Origin: an uncultured Chloroflexia bacterium
GTDB lineage: Bacteria; Chloroflexota; Chloroflexia; QHBQ01; JADMIH01
Reading direction: 5' to 3'
NCBI GenBank assembly: GCA_963797095.1
Contig: CAWCNY010000002.1
Location: 608,001 to 672,000 of the forward strand
DNA: 64,000 nt
The notes beneath the pieces were generated by a model, which did not search any database, was not told the origin of the DNA, and saw only the letters and a list, made by a program, of their open reading frames with translations. Position 1 is the first letter of the stretch. Every line of letters starts with the position of its first letter. The position numbers and the translations under genes were made by a program. Below, piece by piece: positions 10,770-21,174 of the stretch.

Positions 10770-12497
10770 CAGCCGCCACCTCCCAACCAGCCACTCGTCA
10801 CTCGCCACTCGTCGCTAGCCACCCTCTCCTCCGCCTCCTCTCCCTGGCGGCCCCCCTGAAGTGGTGGCTAGCCCTCTCCGCGCTCCTCGGCCTCCTTACC
10901 GTCCTGAGCGGTGTCGGCCTCATGTCCACCTCGGCCTACCTTATCTCCGAGGCAGCCCTCCACCCGTCCGTGGCGGCCCTCGGCGTAGCGATCGTGGGCG
11001 TCCGCTTCTTCGGCATAGCGCGCGGCCTCTTTCGCTACCTTGAGCGCTACGCTTCCCACTATGTCGCTCTCGGCATAACCTCTCGCCTGCGCGTCTGGTT
11101 CTATTCCGCCGTCGAGCCGTTGGCCCCCGCCCGCCTGATTACCTATCGCGGCGGCGACCTCCTCAGCCGCGCCATCGCCGATATCGAAACCCTCCAGGAC
11201 TTCTATGTGCGTGCCGTCTATCCACCTCTTGTGGCGGCCCTGGTGGCTCTTGCTCTCTGGCTATTTCTCGGCGCATTCGACCCTCTCTTTGCCCTCACCT
11301 TCCTGGCCTTCTACCTGCTGGCGGGCATCGCCGCACCCCTCCTGGCCCACCTGCTCGGTCGCAGTACGGGCAGCGAGATCGTTACCGTTCGCGCCGACCT
11401 CAACGCTCATCTCGCCGACGGCATCAAAGGGATGGCCGACATCATAGCCTTCGGCCAGCAGCAACCCCACGTCGAGCGCATCGAATCGCTCAACCGCCGC
11501 CTCGCATCCCTCCAGACTCGCATGGCCTGGGTAAGCGGCCTCGAAACCTCCCTCGGCAGCCTCCTCACCAATCTAGCCATGTGGACCATGCTCGTAGTCG
11601 CCATCCCCCTGGTGCGTGATGGCCGCCTCGACCCCGTCTATCTGGCTACCCTGGCGCTTGCCGCTCTCGCCGGCTTCGAGGCAATCCTCCCCCTCCCCGG
11701 CGCGGCCCGCAACCTTGGCGCGAGCCTGCAAGCTGCTCGCAGGCTCTTCGAGATGACCGCCATCCCCTCCCGCTTCCCACGACCCCGAAGGCGCGTCCCC
11801 CGGGCCCCTACACTACGGCATCACAATCCGCGCCCTCACCTTCACCTACGCCGAAGGCGAACAGCCAGCCCTCGATAGCGTAAGCCTCACCATCCCGCAG
11901 GGCACCTGCCTCGCACTCATCGGCCCCAGCGGCGCGGGCAAATCGACCGTCGCCAACCTCCTCCTGCGCTTCTGGGACTATACCCACGGCGAGATAACCC
12001 TTGGCGACCGCGAACTGCGCCTCTATCAAGGCGAGGACATCCGCAAGATGATAGGCGTGGTGGCCCAAACCACCCACCTCTTCAACACCACCATCCTGGG
12101 CAACCTGCTGATCGCAAGACCAGACGCCTCCGACGATCAGATCGCCCAGGCCATCCAAAAGGCCCAGCTATATGATTTCGTGCAATCTCTCCCCCTCGGC
12201 CTCGACACTCCGGTAGGAGAGAACGGCGTCAAGCTATCGGGCGGCGAGCGTCAGCGTCTCTCGATAGCCCGCGCCTTCCTCAAAGACGCCCCCATCCTCA
12301 TCCTGGACGAGCCAACCGCCAACCTCGACCCCACCACCGAACAAGCGATCTTTTCCACTCTAAAAGACCTGGCGCAGCACCGCACAACTCTCCTGATAAC
12401 CCACCGCCTGATAGGCCTGGAAATAGCAGATCAAGTAGCAGTACTGCGCCAGGGAAAAGTGATGAAGGACGAAAGACGAAGAACGAAAGACGAATAA
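10766..12497 (+). pseudogene. cydC: ABC exporter subunit CydC, split by a +1 frameshift at about 11764-11767
   Basis: The TM domain (GVRFFGIARGLFRYLERYASH) is in ORF 10766. The NBD (ALIGPSGAGKST...LSGGERQR) continues in another frame from about 11768 to the stop at 12497. The break is in the C-run ATCCCCTCCC. Confidence 0.85.
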
Positions 12498-12550
12498 TCA
12501 GTAAGTAGCAACGTCGTGTCACTCGCCACTCGCCACTCGCCACTCGTCAC
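12468..12550. repeat. Heptamer arrays (GACGAAR)-type over the cydC stop and (CCACTCG)x~4
   Basis: Read directly, between convergent genes. Confidence 0.8.
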
Positions 12551-12563
12551 GCGCCCTTCGTCC

Positions 12564-12839
12564 TTACGCTTCCCGTCTCTCCACAATAATAGTCAAATCC
12601 GCCGCCAGCGCCGCGATTGCGCCCAGCGCTGCCCACACCGGCAGCAAGATCGCGCCGACCACCCCCGCCGTCAGCGGGAACTCCGCGATGATGTGGCCTG
12701 CGTCGTTCTTCACAACGATCTTGCGCACATTCCCCTGGTGGATTAGCTCCTTGATCTTCGCCAGCAGCATATCACCCTTTACCTTGAACTCCTCTTGCTG
12801 CGTGCTCTCCTCTTTCGTAGTTGTCATCTCATCAATCAT
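12564..12839 (-). CDS. DUF4342-family small membrane-anchored protein
   Basis: EEFKVKG...KIKELIHQGNVRKIVVK...EFPLTAGVVGA...IIVER. RBS AAGGAG. Confidence 0.85.
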   Translation of the reverse strand: MIDEMTTTKEESTQQEEFKVKGDMLLAKIKELIHQGNVRKIVVKNDAGHIIAEFPLTAGVVGAILLPVWAALGAIAALAADLTIIVERREA

Positions 12840-12909
12840 TTTAGATCTCCTTTAGAGGGTATGCGTCTACAACGCCGTCACCAATGGCGCTTGCGTTCCG
12901 CCACCCCTC

Positions 12910-12963
12910 ACTGTACCAGTCCCCGGTTACAAACCCGGTAACAGTCGGTATCTATCAGGTAAT
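12910..12963 (-). promoter_or_regulatory. Phased-box promoter (DUF4342 gene)
   Basis: Minus strand ATTACC, GATACC, GTTACC, GTAACC spaced 11-10-12, then N9, TACAGT. Confidence 0.7.
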
Positions 12964-12995
12964 AATTGCCCCCGTGGGCCAACATCCCCGGCACT

Positions 12996-13049
12996 TTCAC
13001 TATTTCTTCACCTGCATTCACCGTCCCTTTCATCTCCCGGCGCTACACT
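12996..13049 (+). promoter_or_regulatory. Phased-box promoter (hydrogenase operon)
   Basis: TTCACT(12996) TTCACC(13007) TTCACC(13017) TTCATC(13029), N9, TACACT(13044). Confidence 0.8.
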
Positions 13050-13109
13050 GATATAGGAGTGATCCCGGCACTCCCAATCTACATGTCGAATCCATCACGG
13101 GAGGTTCCT

Positions 13110-14267
13110 ATGGTCTCATCCACATCAAAACGCCCCAGGCGAAAAAACCAAACCACTCGCTACACCATGCAAGCCGCCCACCTCGACCGGCTGTTCCAGG
13201 CGCTAAAGGATCGGGGCTACCGATTACTGGGCCCCTGTGTGCGCGATGGTGCCATCATCTATGACGAAATCCACGCGCCATCCGACCTGCCCATCGGCTG
13301 GACCGACGAGCAAGCAGGCGGCACCTACCGCCTCAAACCGCGCGACGACCGCTCCTACTTCGGCTACAACCTCGGCCCCCACTCCTGGAAGAAATATCTG
13401 CACCCTCCCATCCTGCGCCTCTGGCACGCCACCCGCACCGGCGAAGGCATAGACCTCCACGACGACACCCCCCAACCTACCAGGCGCGCCTTCATCGGCG
13501 TTCGCGCCTGCGAATTGAGCGCCATCGCCATCCAGGATCGCGTCTTTCTTGGCGATGCCTACGTAGACCCCCAGTACGCCGCCCGGCGCGAGAGCCTCTT
13601 CATCGTCGCCGTCAATTGCGGGCAGGCGGGCGCTACCTGCTTCTGCGCCTCGATGGGCACCGGCCCCAGGGCCGACAAAGGCTTCGACCTCAGCCTCACC
13701 GAAATCCTCGAAGCCGGCAGGCACTACTTCATATTGGAAACAGGCAGCCCCACAGGCACCGAGCTCCTCGCCGACATCCCCCACCACGTCGCCTCAGCCG
13801 ACGAGATCGATAGTGCCGAGCGCGTCATAACCGCCGCAGAGATGCAAATGGGGCGCACCCTCGAAACCAACGGCCTCAAAGAACTTCTATACTCCAACGT
13901 GGATAGCTCTCAATGGGATGAAATAGCCCAGCGCTGCCTTAGCTGCGGCAACTGCACCATGGTCTGCCCGACCTGCTTCTGCACCACCGTAGAAGACGTG
14001 ACCGACCTCTCAGGCCAGCAAGCCGAGCGCGTACGCAAGTGGGACTCCTGCTTCACAGTAGATTTCTCCTACATACACGGTGGCAGCATAAGAGTATCGC
14101 CCAAGTCCCGCTACCGCCAGTGGATGACCCACAAGCTAGCCTCCTGGCAAGACCAGTTCGGCACATCAGGCTGTGTAGGCTGCGGTCGCTGCATAACCTG
14201 GTGCCCGGTAGGCATCGACATAACAGAAGAAGCAGCAAAAATGCGCCAAAATGAAAGTGAAACGTGA
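13110..14267 (+). CDS. Group 3b [NiFe]-hydrogenase (sulfhydrogenase) beta Fe-S subunit
   Basis: Motifs [30 protein letters not shown] and [20 protein letters not shown] before ATG 13110. Confidence 0.93.
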   Translation: MVSSTSKRPRRKNQTTRYTMQAAHLDRLFQALKDRGYRLLGPCVRDGAIIYDEIHAPSDLPIGWTDEQAGGTYRLKPRDDRSYFGYNLGPHSWKKYLHPPILRLWHATRTGEGIDLHDDTPQPTRRAFIGVRACELSAIAIQDRVFLGDAYVDPQYAARRESLFIVAVNCGQAGATCFCASMGTGPRADKGFDLSLTEILEAGRHYFILETGSPTGTELLADIPHHVASADEIDSAERVITAAEMQMGRTLETNGLKELLYSNVDSSQWDEIAQRCLSCGNCTMVCPTCFCTTVEDVTDLSGQQAERVRKWDSCFTVDFSYIHGGSIRVSPKSRYRQWMTHKLASWQDQFGTSGCVGCGRCITWCPVGIDITEEAAKMRQNESET

Positions 14268-14268
14268 A

Positions 14269-14340
14269 GACGAACGACGAATGACGAAGGAAGTAAGCAA
14301 CACACAATACACAACACACAATACGCAGTACGCAGTACGC
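14269..14340. repeat. Composite heptamer array (GACGAAN; AAYACAC; ARTACGC)
   Basis: Read directly, between the beta-subunit stop and the next RBS. Confidence 0.8.
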
Positions 14341-14373
14341 GATAGCTCACTCGTCACGAACGGAGGTAACAAA

Positions 14374-14856
14374 ATGGACGGATATGAATCACTTCTAGCC
14401 GAGCAGCACTTCCTCAAAGGTATGGAGGAAGAGCATCTGGAAGCCATAGCGGATTGTGCCTCCTATGTGCGCTTCCAGAAGGGCCAGTTCCTCTGTCGAG
14501 AGGGAGAATACGCCCGCCGCTTCTACATCATCAGCAGCGGCAAAGTGGGCCTCGAAATATTCGCGCCAGGTCGCGGCCCCGTCATCGTCGAAACAATTGA
14601 AGACGGTGGCGTGCTCGGCTGGTCCTGGCTCTTCGAGCCTTACAGGTGGCACCTCGATGCCATCGCTCAGACCGATGTTACCGCCGTGGCCTTCGACGCC
14701 CTTTGCCTGCGTGGCAAATGCGACACCAACCACGACCTCGGGTATGAGTTGGTAAAACGCTTCTCGCAAGTGATCATGGGACGCTTGCAAGCCACCAGGA
14801 TGGCCCTGCTGGATGTCTACAGCGCCTCGCAAACCGCCCCCGCCATCAAGAGGTAA
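14374..14856 (+). CDS. Stand-alone cyclic-nucleotide-binding (Crp-type) domain protein
   Basis: FLCREGEYARRFYIISSGKV...LGWSWLFEPYRWH. No HTH domain. GGAGG RBS. Confidence 0.9.
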   Translation: MDGYESLLAEQHFLKGMEEEHLEAIADCASYVRFQKGQFLCREGEYARRFYIISSGKVGLEIFAPGRGPVIVETIEDGGVLGWSWLFEPYRWHLDAIAQTDVTAVAFDALCLRGKCDTNHDLGYELVKRFSQVIMGRLQATRMALLDVYSASQTAPAIKR

Positions 14857-14860
14857 TTCT

Positions 14861-15730
14861 ATGGCTGCTCCAACCACCATATCGTCGCCTGAGACCGACC
14901 TCTACGAAAACCCCATGTTGCCCAGGCTCTATACGATCCACAGCATACTCCCTGAAACCGCCGATACATGGACCCTTGAGATCGAGCCTGCCGGTGGCGA
15001 GCGTTGCCCTCGCTTCCTCCCCGGCCAGTTCAACATGCTCTACGTCTTTGGCGTGGGCGAGATGGCGATCTCCATCTGCGGCGACCCCTCCTGGCGCGGT
15101 ACCTTCACCCACACTGTACGCGCCGTTGGCACAGGCACTAAAGCCCTGTGCAACCTCCAATCGGGCGACCTCATTGGCGTGCGTGGCCCTTTCGGCACCT
15201 CCTGGCCCGACAAAGAGCTTGAGAGCAAAGACGTAGTGATCGTGGCGGGCGGCATCGGCCTCCCCCCACTCCGCCCCAGCATCTACACCATCCTGGCTAA
15301 CAGAAGCAAATACGGTAGGGTATCCCTCCTCTATGGAGCGCGCACCCCCCGCGACCTCCTTTACGTTGACGAGCTTTCCCGCTGGCGCGAGAGGCCCGAT
15401 TTCTCCCTCGCCGTCACTGTAGATACCGCCGAGCGTGGCTGGTTCGGGAATGTGGGTGTGGTTACCACCCTATTCTCCAAAATCCAGTTCGATCCAGCCA
15501 ACACCATCGCCCTCATCGTTGGTCCTGAGATCATGATGCGCTTCACCATTATGGAGTTGCAAAAGCGCGACGTCCCTTCCGAAAGCATCTACATCTCAAT
15601 GGAGCGCAACATGAAATGCGCGGTCGGCCTCTGCGGCCACTGCCAGCTTGGCCCCGACTTCATCTGCAAAGACGGCCCGGTATTCAGATTTGATCAACTC
15701 GAAGGTATTTTCGGAAAGCGAGAACTATAG
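14861..15730 (+). CDS. Group 3b hydrogenase gamma (FAD/NAD(P), 2Fe-2S) subunit
   Basis: Motifs PGQFNML, RGPFG, AGGIG and [15 protein letters not shown]...CKDGPVF. Confidence 0.93.
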   Translation: MAAPTTISSPETDLYENPMLPRLYTIHSILPETADTWTLEIEPAGGERCPRFLPGQFNMLYVFGVGEMAISICGDPSWRGTFTHTVRAVGTGTKALCNLQSGDLIGVRGPFGTSWPDKELESKDVVIVAGGIGLPPLRPSIYTILANRSKYGRVSLLYGARTPRDLLYVDELSRWRERPDFSLAVTVDTAERGWFGNVGVVTTLFSKIQFDPANTIALIVGPEIMMRFTIMELQKRDVPSESIYISMERNMKCAVGLCGHCQLGPDFICKDGPVFRFDQLEGIFGKREL

Positions 15731-15777
15731 CCGTAGATGGCTTCACTATCTATCTATCTGCATCAAGAGGCGTTGAC

Positions 15778-16569
15778 ATGAACACACAACTACAACGGAA
15801 GCCCAAACTGGCTGTATGGAAGTTTTCGTCCTGCGACGGATGCCAGTTGAGCCTGCTTGATTGCGAGGATGAACTCCTTGCCGTCGCGGGGGCTGTCGAG
15901 ATAGCCTATTTCCCTGAGGCCACGCGGACCGTACTCAAAGGCCCCTACGATCTATCCCTGGTAGAGGGCTCAGTCGCCACCCCCCACGACCTTGAGCGCA
16001 TCAAGGAGGTGCGTGAGCAATCCAAGTTCCTCATAACAATAGGCGCGTGTGCCACCGCGGGCGGCATCCAGGCTCTCCGCAACTTCAAGGATGTGCGCGA
16101 GTTCACTTCCATAGTCTACGCCACTCCCCAGTATATAGACACCCTCGAAAAGTCTACTGCTATATCCGACCACGTACAGGTGGATTTCGAATTGCGGGGC
16201 TGCCCCATCAACAAATTCCAGCTGCTTGAGGTGATCAGCGCTTTCCTCAACGGGCGCAAACCCAACACCCCTCCTCACAGCGTCTGTATCGAGTGCAAAC
16301 AATCGGGCATCCCCTGCGTGATGGTTTCCCGCGCTATCCCCTGCCTCGGCCCTGTCACCCACGCCGGGTGTGGCGCTCTCTGCCCTTCCTACAACCGCGG
16401 TTGCTTTGGTTGCTACGGCCCCAAAGAGACCCCCAACACCGCCTCGCTCGCCCACTGGTGGAGCCTCCCCCTGGCCGTCCCCCGCGACGGCGTCCTCCGA
16501 GCCTTCCGAGGCATCAATGCATACGCCCAGCCCTTCAAAGAGGAGAGTGAGAAATATGAGCAACCCTGA
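15778..16569 (+). CDS. Group 3b hydrogenase small (delta) subunit
   Basis: Motifs [26 protein letters not shown] and [15 protein letters not shown]...CFGCYGP. Confidence 0.94.
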   Translation: MNTQLQRKPKLAVWKFSSCDGCQLSLLDCEDELLAVAGAVEIAYFPEATRTVLKGPYDLSLVEGSVATPHDLERIKEVREQSKFLITIGACATAGGIQALRNFKDVREFTSIVYATPQYIDTLEKSTAISDHVQVDFELRGCPINKFQLLEVISAFLNGRKPNTPPHSVCIECKQSGIPCVMVSRAIPCLGPVTHAGCGALCPSYNRGCFGCYGPKETPNTASLAHWWSLPLAVPRDGVLRAFRGINAYAQPFKEESEKYEQP

Positions 16570-17956
16570 AACCCACGCTGCCCCCACTACCAAAACCATT
16601 CATGTCGATTACCTGGCTCGTGTAGAGGGCGAGGGTGGCCTTCATATCAAAATCAAAGGTGATCAGGTCACCGACGTTCGCCTCGCTATTTTCGAGCCGC
16701 CCCGCTTCTTCGAGGCGCTCCTGCGCGGTCGCCACTTCACCGAGGTGCCCGACATCACCGCTCGTATCTGCGGTATCTGCCCCGTTGCCTACCAGATGAG
16801 CTCCGTTCACGCCATGGAAGACGCCTACAACGTCACAGTGGGCGGCCAACTGCGCGCCTTGCGACGCCTTCTCTACTGCGGTGAGTGGATCGAAAGCCAT
16901 GCCCTCCACGTCTACATGCTCCACGCCCCCGACTTCCTCGGCTATCCCGACGCCATCCGTATGGCCGCCGACTACCCCGATATCGTCAATCGCGGCCTTA
17001 AGCTCAAGAAGATCGGCAACGAGATAATGCGCTTGCTCGGCGGTCGCGAGATCCACCCCATCAACGTGCGGGTAGGTGGCTTCTATCGTGTCCCCCACAT
17101 CAACGAGCTTCTTCAGTTCGAGGAAAAGCTTGTGTGGGCGCGCCAGGCCTCCCTCGATACCGTCCGCTGGGTAGCAACCCTCGACTTCCCGAAGATGGAG
17201 CGCGACTACGAGTTTGTGGCTTTGCGCCACGAAAACGAATACGCCATGAACGAAGGCCGTCTCGTATCGAACAAAGGTTTCAACATCCCTATCTCCGAAT
17301 ACGAGCAGCATTTTCATGAGATACATGTCCCCTACTCCAACGCCCTCCAATCCACCCTTCACGGCCATTCCTACTTCGTAGGCCCTATGGCCCGCTACAA
17401 CCTCAACTACGACAAGCTCCCTGCCATAGCCCGTGAAGCCGCCCGCGAAGCCGGTCTCGGCCCCACCTGCAATAACCCCTTCAAGAGCATCATCATCCGC
17501 AGCGTCGAGCTACTCTACGCCTGCGAAGAGGCTCTCCGCATCATCGAAAACTACACCGTGCCTGAGCAATCCTATCTCACCGTAGGCTCCTCCGACTCCC
17601 CCCATCCCTCCCCTGCCGACTGGAAACCCGTCGTGCGCGATGGCACCGACTTCGCTCTACAAAACACCGTCAACGCCGTTCGCACCGGCTACGGTTGCAG
17701 CGAAGCCCCACGCGGCATTCTCTACCACAGGTACGACCTCGACGACGGCGACCTGATCCTCGACGCCAAGATCGTCCCTCCCACCTCTCAGAATCAGAAG
17801 GCCATTGAAGAAGACCTCCGAGCCTTCGTCTCTGAGCGCATCGATATGCCCAAAGATGAGTTGACCTGGCAGTGCGAGCAGGCCATCCGCAACTACGACC
17901 CTTGTATCTCATGTGCCACCCACTTCTTGACACTCTCTATTGAGAGAGGAGACTGA
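16556..17956 (+). CDS. Group 3b [NiFe]-hydrogenase large (alpha) subunit
   Basis: ARVEGEG, L1 motif [11 protein letters not shown]2 motif DPCISCATH plus a cleavable C-terminal tail. Confidence 0.96.
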   Translation: MSNPETHAAPTTKTIHVDYLARVEGEGGLHIKIKGDQVTDVRLAIFEPPRFFEALLRGRHFTEVPDITARICGICPVAYQMSSVHAMEDAYNVTVGGQLRALRRLLYCGEWIESHALHVYMLHAPDFLGYPDAIRMAADYPDIVNRGLKLKKIGNEIMRLLGGREIHPINVRVGGFYRVPHINELLQFEEKLVWARQASLDTVRWVATLDFPKMERDYEFVALRHENEYAMNEGRLVSNKGFNIPISEYEQHFHEIHVPYSNALQSTLHGHSYFVGPMARYNLNYDKLPAIAREAAREAGLGPTCNNPFKSIIIRSVELLYACEEALRIIENYTVPEQSYLTVGSSDSPHPSPADWKPVVRDGTDFALQNTVNAVRTGYGCSEAPRGILYHRYDLDDGDLILDAKIVPPTSQNQKAIEEDLRAFVSERIDMPKDELTWQCEQAIRNYDPCISCATHFLTLSIERGD

Positions 17957-17957
17957 A

Positions 17958-19178
17958 ATGAACCTCCTTGAAGATCAAGTCCAGCACCAGGCCAGGCATA
18001 GGCCCTACTTTGATGACAAGAACATGGATTTCTATCTAACCTGGTTCCTCGGCTACGCCAACTTCGGCGGTGCAGAGTACGGCGAGTGTATGCAGGTCGT
18101 GTCCAGGATCGAAGACGGCAATCCACAAAGTTGGGCAACAGAATGGCGGCGCATGGCGCAGCACGTCGAAGCCGTCGCTATGTCCACCCTGGACAATGGG
18201 CATCTGGTAACTGCCCGTGAGGAATACCTGCGCGCGTTTATCTACTATCGCGCTGCCCTGGCCCTCATGCACCCAAATAGTCGCCGTTTCCTCGACGCCT
18301 GGGAGGATATGCGCTCCTGCTTCAGGATGGCGGCAGCGCTCTTCCAGCCGCCCATCACCCATGTAAAGGTACCCTTCAAAGACAAAGTGTTGCCAGGTTA
18401 CTTTATGCGTGCGGATGCCCTCCCCATCCCCCATCCCACTCTCATCATGATCGGTAGCGGAGATACTTTCGCTGAGGAACTGTACTTCTGGGCTGCTGCT
18501 CCCGGTGCGGCCAGGGGCTACAACACCCTCTTTGTCGAGCTTCCAGGCCAGGGCAGCACTCCCTTCAGCGGTCTCTTCTACCGCGCTGATGCTGAAAAGC
18601 CCCTCGAAGCTGTCGTGAACTACGCACTCACCCTGCCTGGGGTTGATCCCGATCGCCTCTACATATGCGGTGTTAGCGGTGGTGGCTACATGGCAGCGAG
18701 GGCCGCAGCCCACGACAAACGCATCAAGGCTTGCATTCTCAATGCTCCTATCACCGATATGTATCGCCTGCTTAATGCCTCGTTATCCGGTATCATGCAG
18801 AGCTTGCGGGTGCCTGGGCGCTCGGATACCGCTCCTGGGTGGGCCATAAGCAGCAACCCGGCGATCATCGATGTGCTTCTCGATAGAATCTGTTGGCAAT
18901 TTGGTGTCACCTCAATTCCCCAGGCCCTGGAACTCGCTAAACTATTTCAACTGGGCGATCTGGTGGACGATATAGAATGCCCTACACTCTGCCTGGTCAG
19001 CGAGGGCGAATCTGCCGAGCAGAGTACGCAGGCCCGCGAGTTCTACAACAAGCTCAGCGCTCCCAAGCAGATGCGCGTCTTCACAGCCGACGAGGGTGCG
19101 CAAGCCCACTGCCAGGTTAACAACCTCAGTCTCATGCATACCACCCTGTTCGACTGGCTGGACGACCTGCCCATCTAA
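17958..19178 (+). CDS. Alpha/beta hydrolase (FrsA/DUF1100/peptidase S9-like)
   Basis: Nucleophile elbow GVSGGG, ELPGQG and C-terminal GAQAHCQVNN. Confidence 0.85.
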   Translation: MNLLEDQVQHQARHRPYFDDKNMDFYLTWFLGYANFGGAEYGECMQVVSRIEDGNPQSWATEWRRMAQHVEAVAMSTLDNGHLVTAREEYLRAFIYYRAALALMHPNSRRFLDAWEDMRSCFRMAAALFQPPITHVKVPFKDKVLPGYFMRADALPIPHPTLIMIGSGDTFAEELYFWAAAPGAARGYNTLFVELPGQGSTPFSGLFYRADAEKPLEAVVNYALTLPGVDPDRLYICGVSGGGYMAARAAAHDKRIKACILNAPITDMYRLLNASLSGIMQSLRVPGRSDTAPGWAISSNPAIIDVLLDRICWQFGVTSIPQALELAKLFQLGDLVDDIECPTLCLVSEGESAEQSTQAREFYNKLSAPKQMRVFTADEGAQAHCQVNNLSLMHTTLFDWLDDLPI

Positions 19179-19189
19179 CTACCCACCAC

Positions 19190-19214
19190 TGTAGGGGCGA
19201 GGCACGCCTCGCCC
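19190..19214. repeat. GTAG-type REP-like palindrome; related copies at about 21058-21088, 41321-41345 and 56507-56532
   Basis: GTAGGGGCGAGGCACGCCTCGCCC. Similar GTAG-headed GC hairpins follow other stop codons. Confidence 0.6.
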
Positions 19215-19256
19215 TTCTCCGGTCACACACCGAAAAGCGCCTGGCGAGAAACCGCA

Positions 19257-19769
19257 ATGGTAGCAGAATACACAGAACACGAATCACAGCATCCGGCGAA
19301 AGCCTCCACAGCCGTAATCATCGGCATCGGTAATGACTACCGGCGTGACGATGCAGCCGGTCTGCTGGTGGCGCGGGCGCTGAGAAAACTCGTCCCTGGC
19401 GAGGTACATGTCTATGAATGTACAGGTAGCGGTCTCGAACTTATCGACCTGTGGTCCGACGCTGACCTCGTCCTCCTTATCGACGCTGTTTCTTCAGGCG
19501 CGGACCCCGGCACGATCTACTGCATCGAAGTCCACAAGCAACCTATACCGTCATACCTGTTTCACTACTCGACCCACGACTTCAGCGTCGCTGACACCAT
19601 AGAGCTTTCGCGTATGCTCGGAAAGCTGCCACCTCATCTCGTAGTATTCGGCATAGAGGGTCTTAACTTCGCCCAGGGCCAGGGCCTAACCGACGAAGTA
19701 GCCGCCTCCATCGAAACCCTCCCCCGTAAGGTACTCGACTACCTTAATCACAGTCTGGAAGGAGATTAA
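19257..19769 (+). CDS. Hydrogenase maturation endopeptidase
   Basis: Motifs IGIGNDYRRDDAAG, LIDAV and STHDFS. Confidence 0.93.
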   Translation: MVAEYTEHESQHPAKASTAVIIGIGNDYRRDDAAGLLVARALRKLVPGEVHVYECTGSGLELIDLWSDADLVLLIDAVSSGADPGTIYCIEVHKQPIPSYLFHYSTHDFSVADTIELSRMLGKLPPHLVVFGIEGLNFAQGQGLTDEVAASIETLPRKVLDYLNHSLEGD

Positions 19770-20022
19770 AGAAACCCCTGCTCACTCTCTCCAGGACAAC
19801 TGCTCACCTCCACAAAACTGTACCAAAGTACACCTCAAAACCTGTCCCGTTTTATCCCACAATTGTCATTTAGTATATGAGGGGAGATCCAACCCTCTAA
19901 ACATACAACCACCACAATAACGACCAGCCGCCACCCAAAAGTCCACATCCAACAGCCAGGATCGGCAGATGTATATGAAAAGCAGGGCACAGGCGCTTGC
20001 CCCCAACTCAAGGAGGACTACA

Positions 20023-21030
20023 ATGACAGACCTATCGACAACATATCTTGGCATAAATCTGCGCTCGCCCCTTGTGCCTTCGGCTTCCCCCCTCTCCGAA
20101 GACCTTGGCAAGATCAAGCGCATGGAAGACGCAGGCGCTGCCGCTATTGTCCTCTACTCCCTCTTCGAGGAGCAGTTGACCCACATCCGAAGAGAGCGCA
20201 CCCGCAACAAACAGACCGGCGCTCCCGGCATCGAAGACCCGTTCCCCAGGCAGTCTCGCTACCCCTTGACTCCCGAAGGCTATCTCAACCACATCCGCAA
20301 GGCCAAAGAAGCCGTCAAAATACCGGTCATCGCCAGCCTGAATTGCACCTCACTCGGCAGTTGGGTCGAATACGCCAAGCAGCTGCAGCAGGCCGGGGCC
20401 GATGCCCTTGAGCTAAACATCTACCATGTGCCCACCGACCTGTACGAGTCCGGTGCGCAGATCGAGCGCAGCACCATCCAGATCGTAGAGGATGTCCGCT
20501 CAGAGATACAGATCCCTCTGGCGGTCAAGATCGGCCCGTACTACAGCAATCCCGCCAATATGGCCTGGCGGCTTGAGAAGGCCGGGGCCGATGCACTGGT
20601 GCTCTTCAACCGCTTCTACCAGCCCGATATCAACCTGGAAAGCATGGCGATCACTCCCCGTATTCTCCTCAGTACGCCCCAGTCCATGCGCCTCCCGTTG
20701 CGCTGGATCGCCATCCTCTACGGTCGGGTGCATACCGACATCGCCGCCACCGGGGGCATCCACGAGTCGTACGATGTAGCCAAGATGCTGCTGGCCGGGG
20801 CCAACGTCACCATGCTCTGCTCTGCCCTCCTGCGTCGTGGCATAGACTACTTGCAAATGCTAGAGAGAGACCTTATCCGCTGGATGGAAGGCCACAACTT
20901 CGAATCGGTTCAGGATATGCGCGGCAAAATGAGCCAGCTAAGCTGCCCCGATCCTGAAAGCTTCGAGCGCGCCCACTACATACGCACCCTGCAAAACTAC
21001 TCACGCCTCACGCCCGGAAACGCCGGTTAG
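20023..21030 (+). CDS. Dihydroorotate dehydrogenase-like FMN protein (nifJ-associated type), copy 1
   Basis: Motifs LSTTYLGINLRSPLVPSASPLS, SLFEEQ, LFNRFYQPDI and FERAHY. AGGAGG RBS. Confidence 0.9.
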   Translation: MTDLSTTYLGINLRSPLVPSASPLSEDLGKIKRMEDAGAAAIVLYSLFEEQLTHIRRERTRNKQTGAPGIEDPFPRQSRYPLTPEGYLNHIRKAKEAVKIPVIASLNCTSLGSWVEYAKQLQQAGADALELNIYHVPTDLYESGAQIERSTIQIVEDVRSEIQIPLAVKIGPYYSNPANMAWRLEKAGADALVLFNRFYQPDINLESMAITPRILLSTPQSMRLPLRWIAILYGRVHTDIAATGGIHESYDVAKMLLAGANVTMLCSALLRRGIDYLQMLERDLIRWMEGHNFESVQDMRGKMSQLSCPDPESFERAHYIRTLQNYSRLTPGNAG

Positions 21031-21174
21031 CTTTCATAGAAAATTGACACCCACACTGTAGGAGCGCAGGTCTGCCTGCGCTCCTATCTACCGTAGGCAG
21101 AGGAGGGACGGCATGGAACAGAACTACGCTGTCCCGTTCTACACCGCCCCTCCCCTGCCTGTGATTGGCACCAA

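Noticed and set aside
17890-17925. [NiFeSe] hydrogenase
   Set aside because: The L2 motif is DPCISC with ordinary Cys codons.
19800-19880. Tenth phased-box promoter upstream of DHOD-like copy 1
   Set aside because: ACC/CCC hexamers are present (TGTACC, TACACC, TATCCC), but I could not fit the 12-nt plus N9 plus -10 geometry.
20023-21030. Naming the DHOD-like genes pyrD
   Set aside because: The catalytic loop motif is absent and there is no pyrimidine-pathway context.
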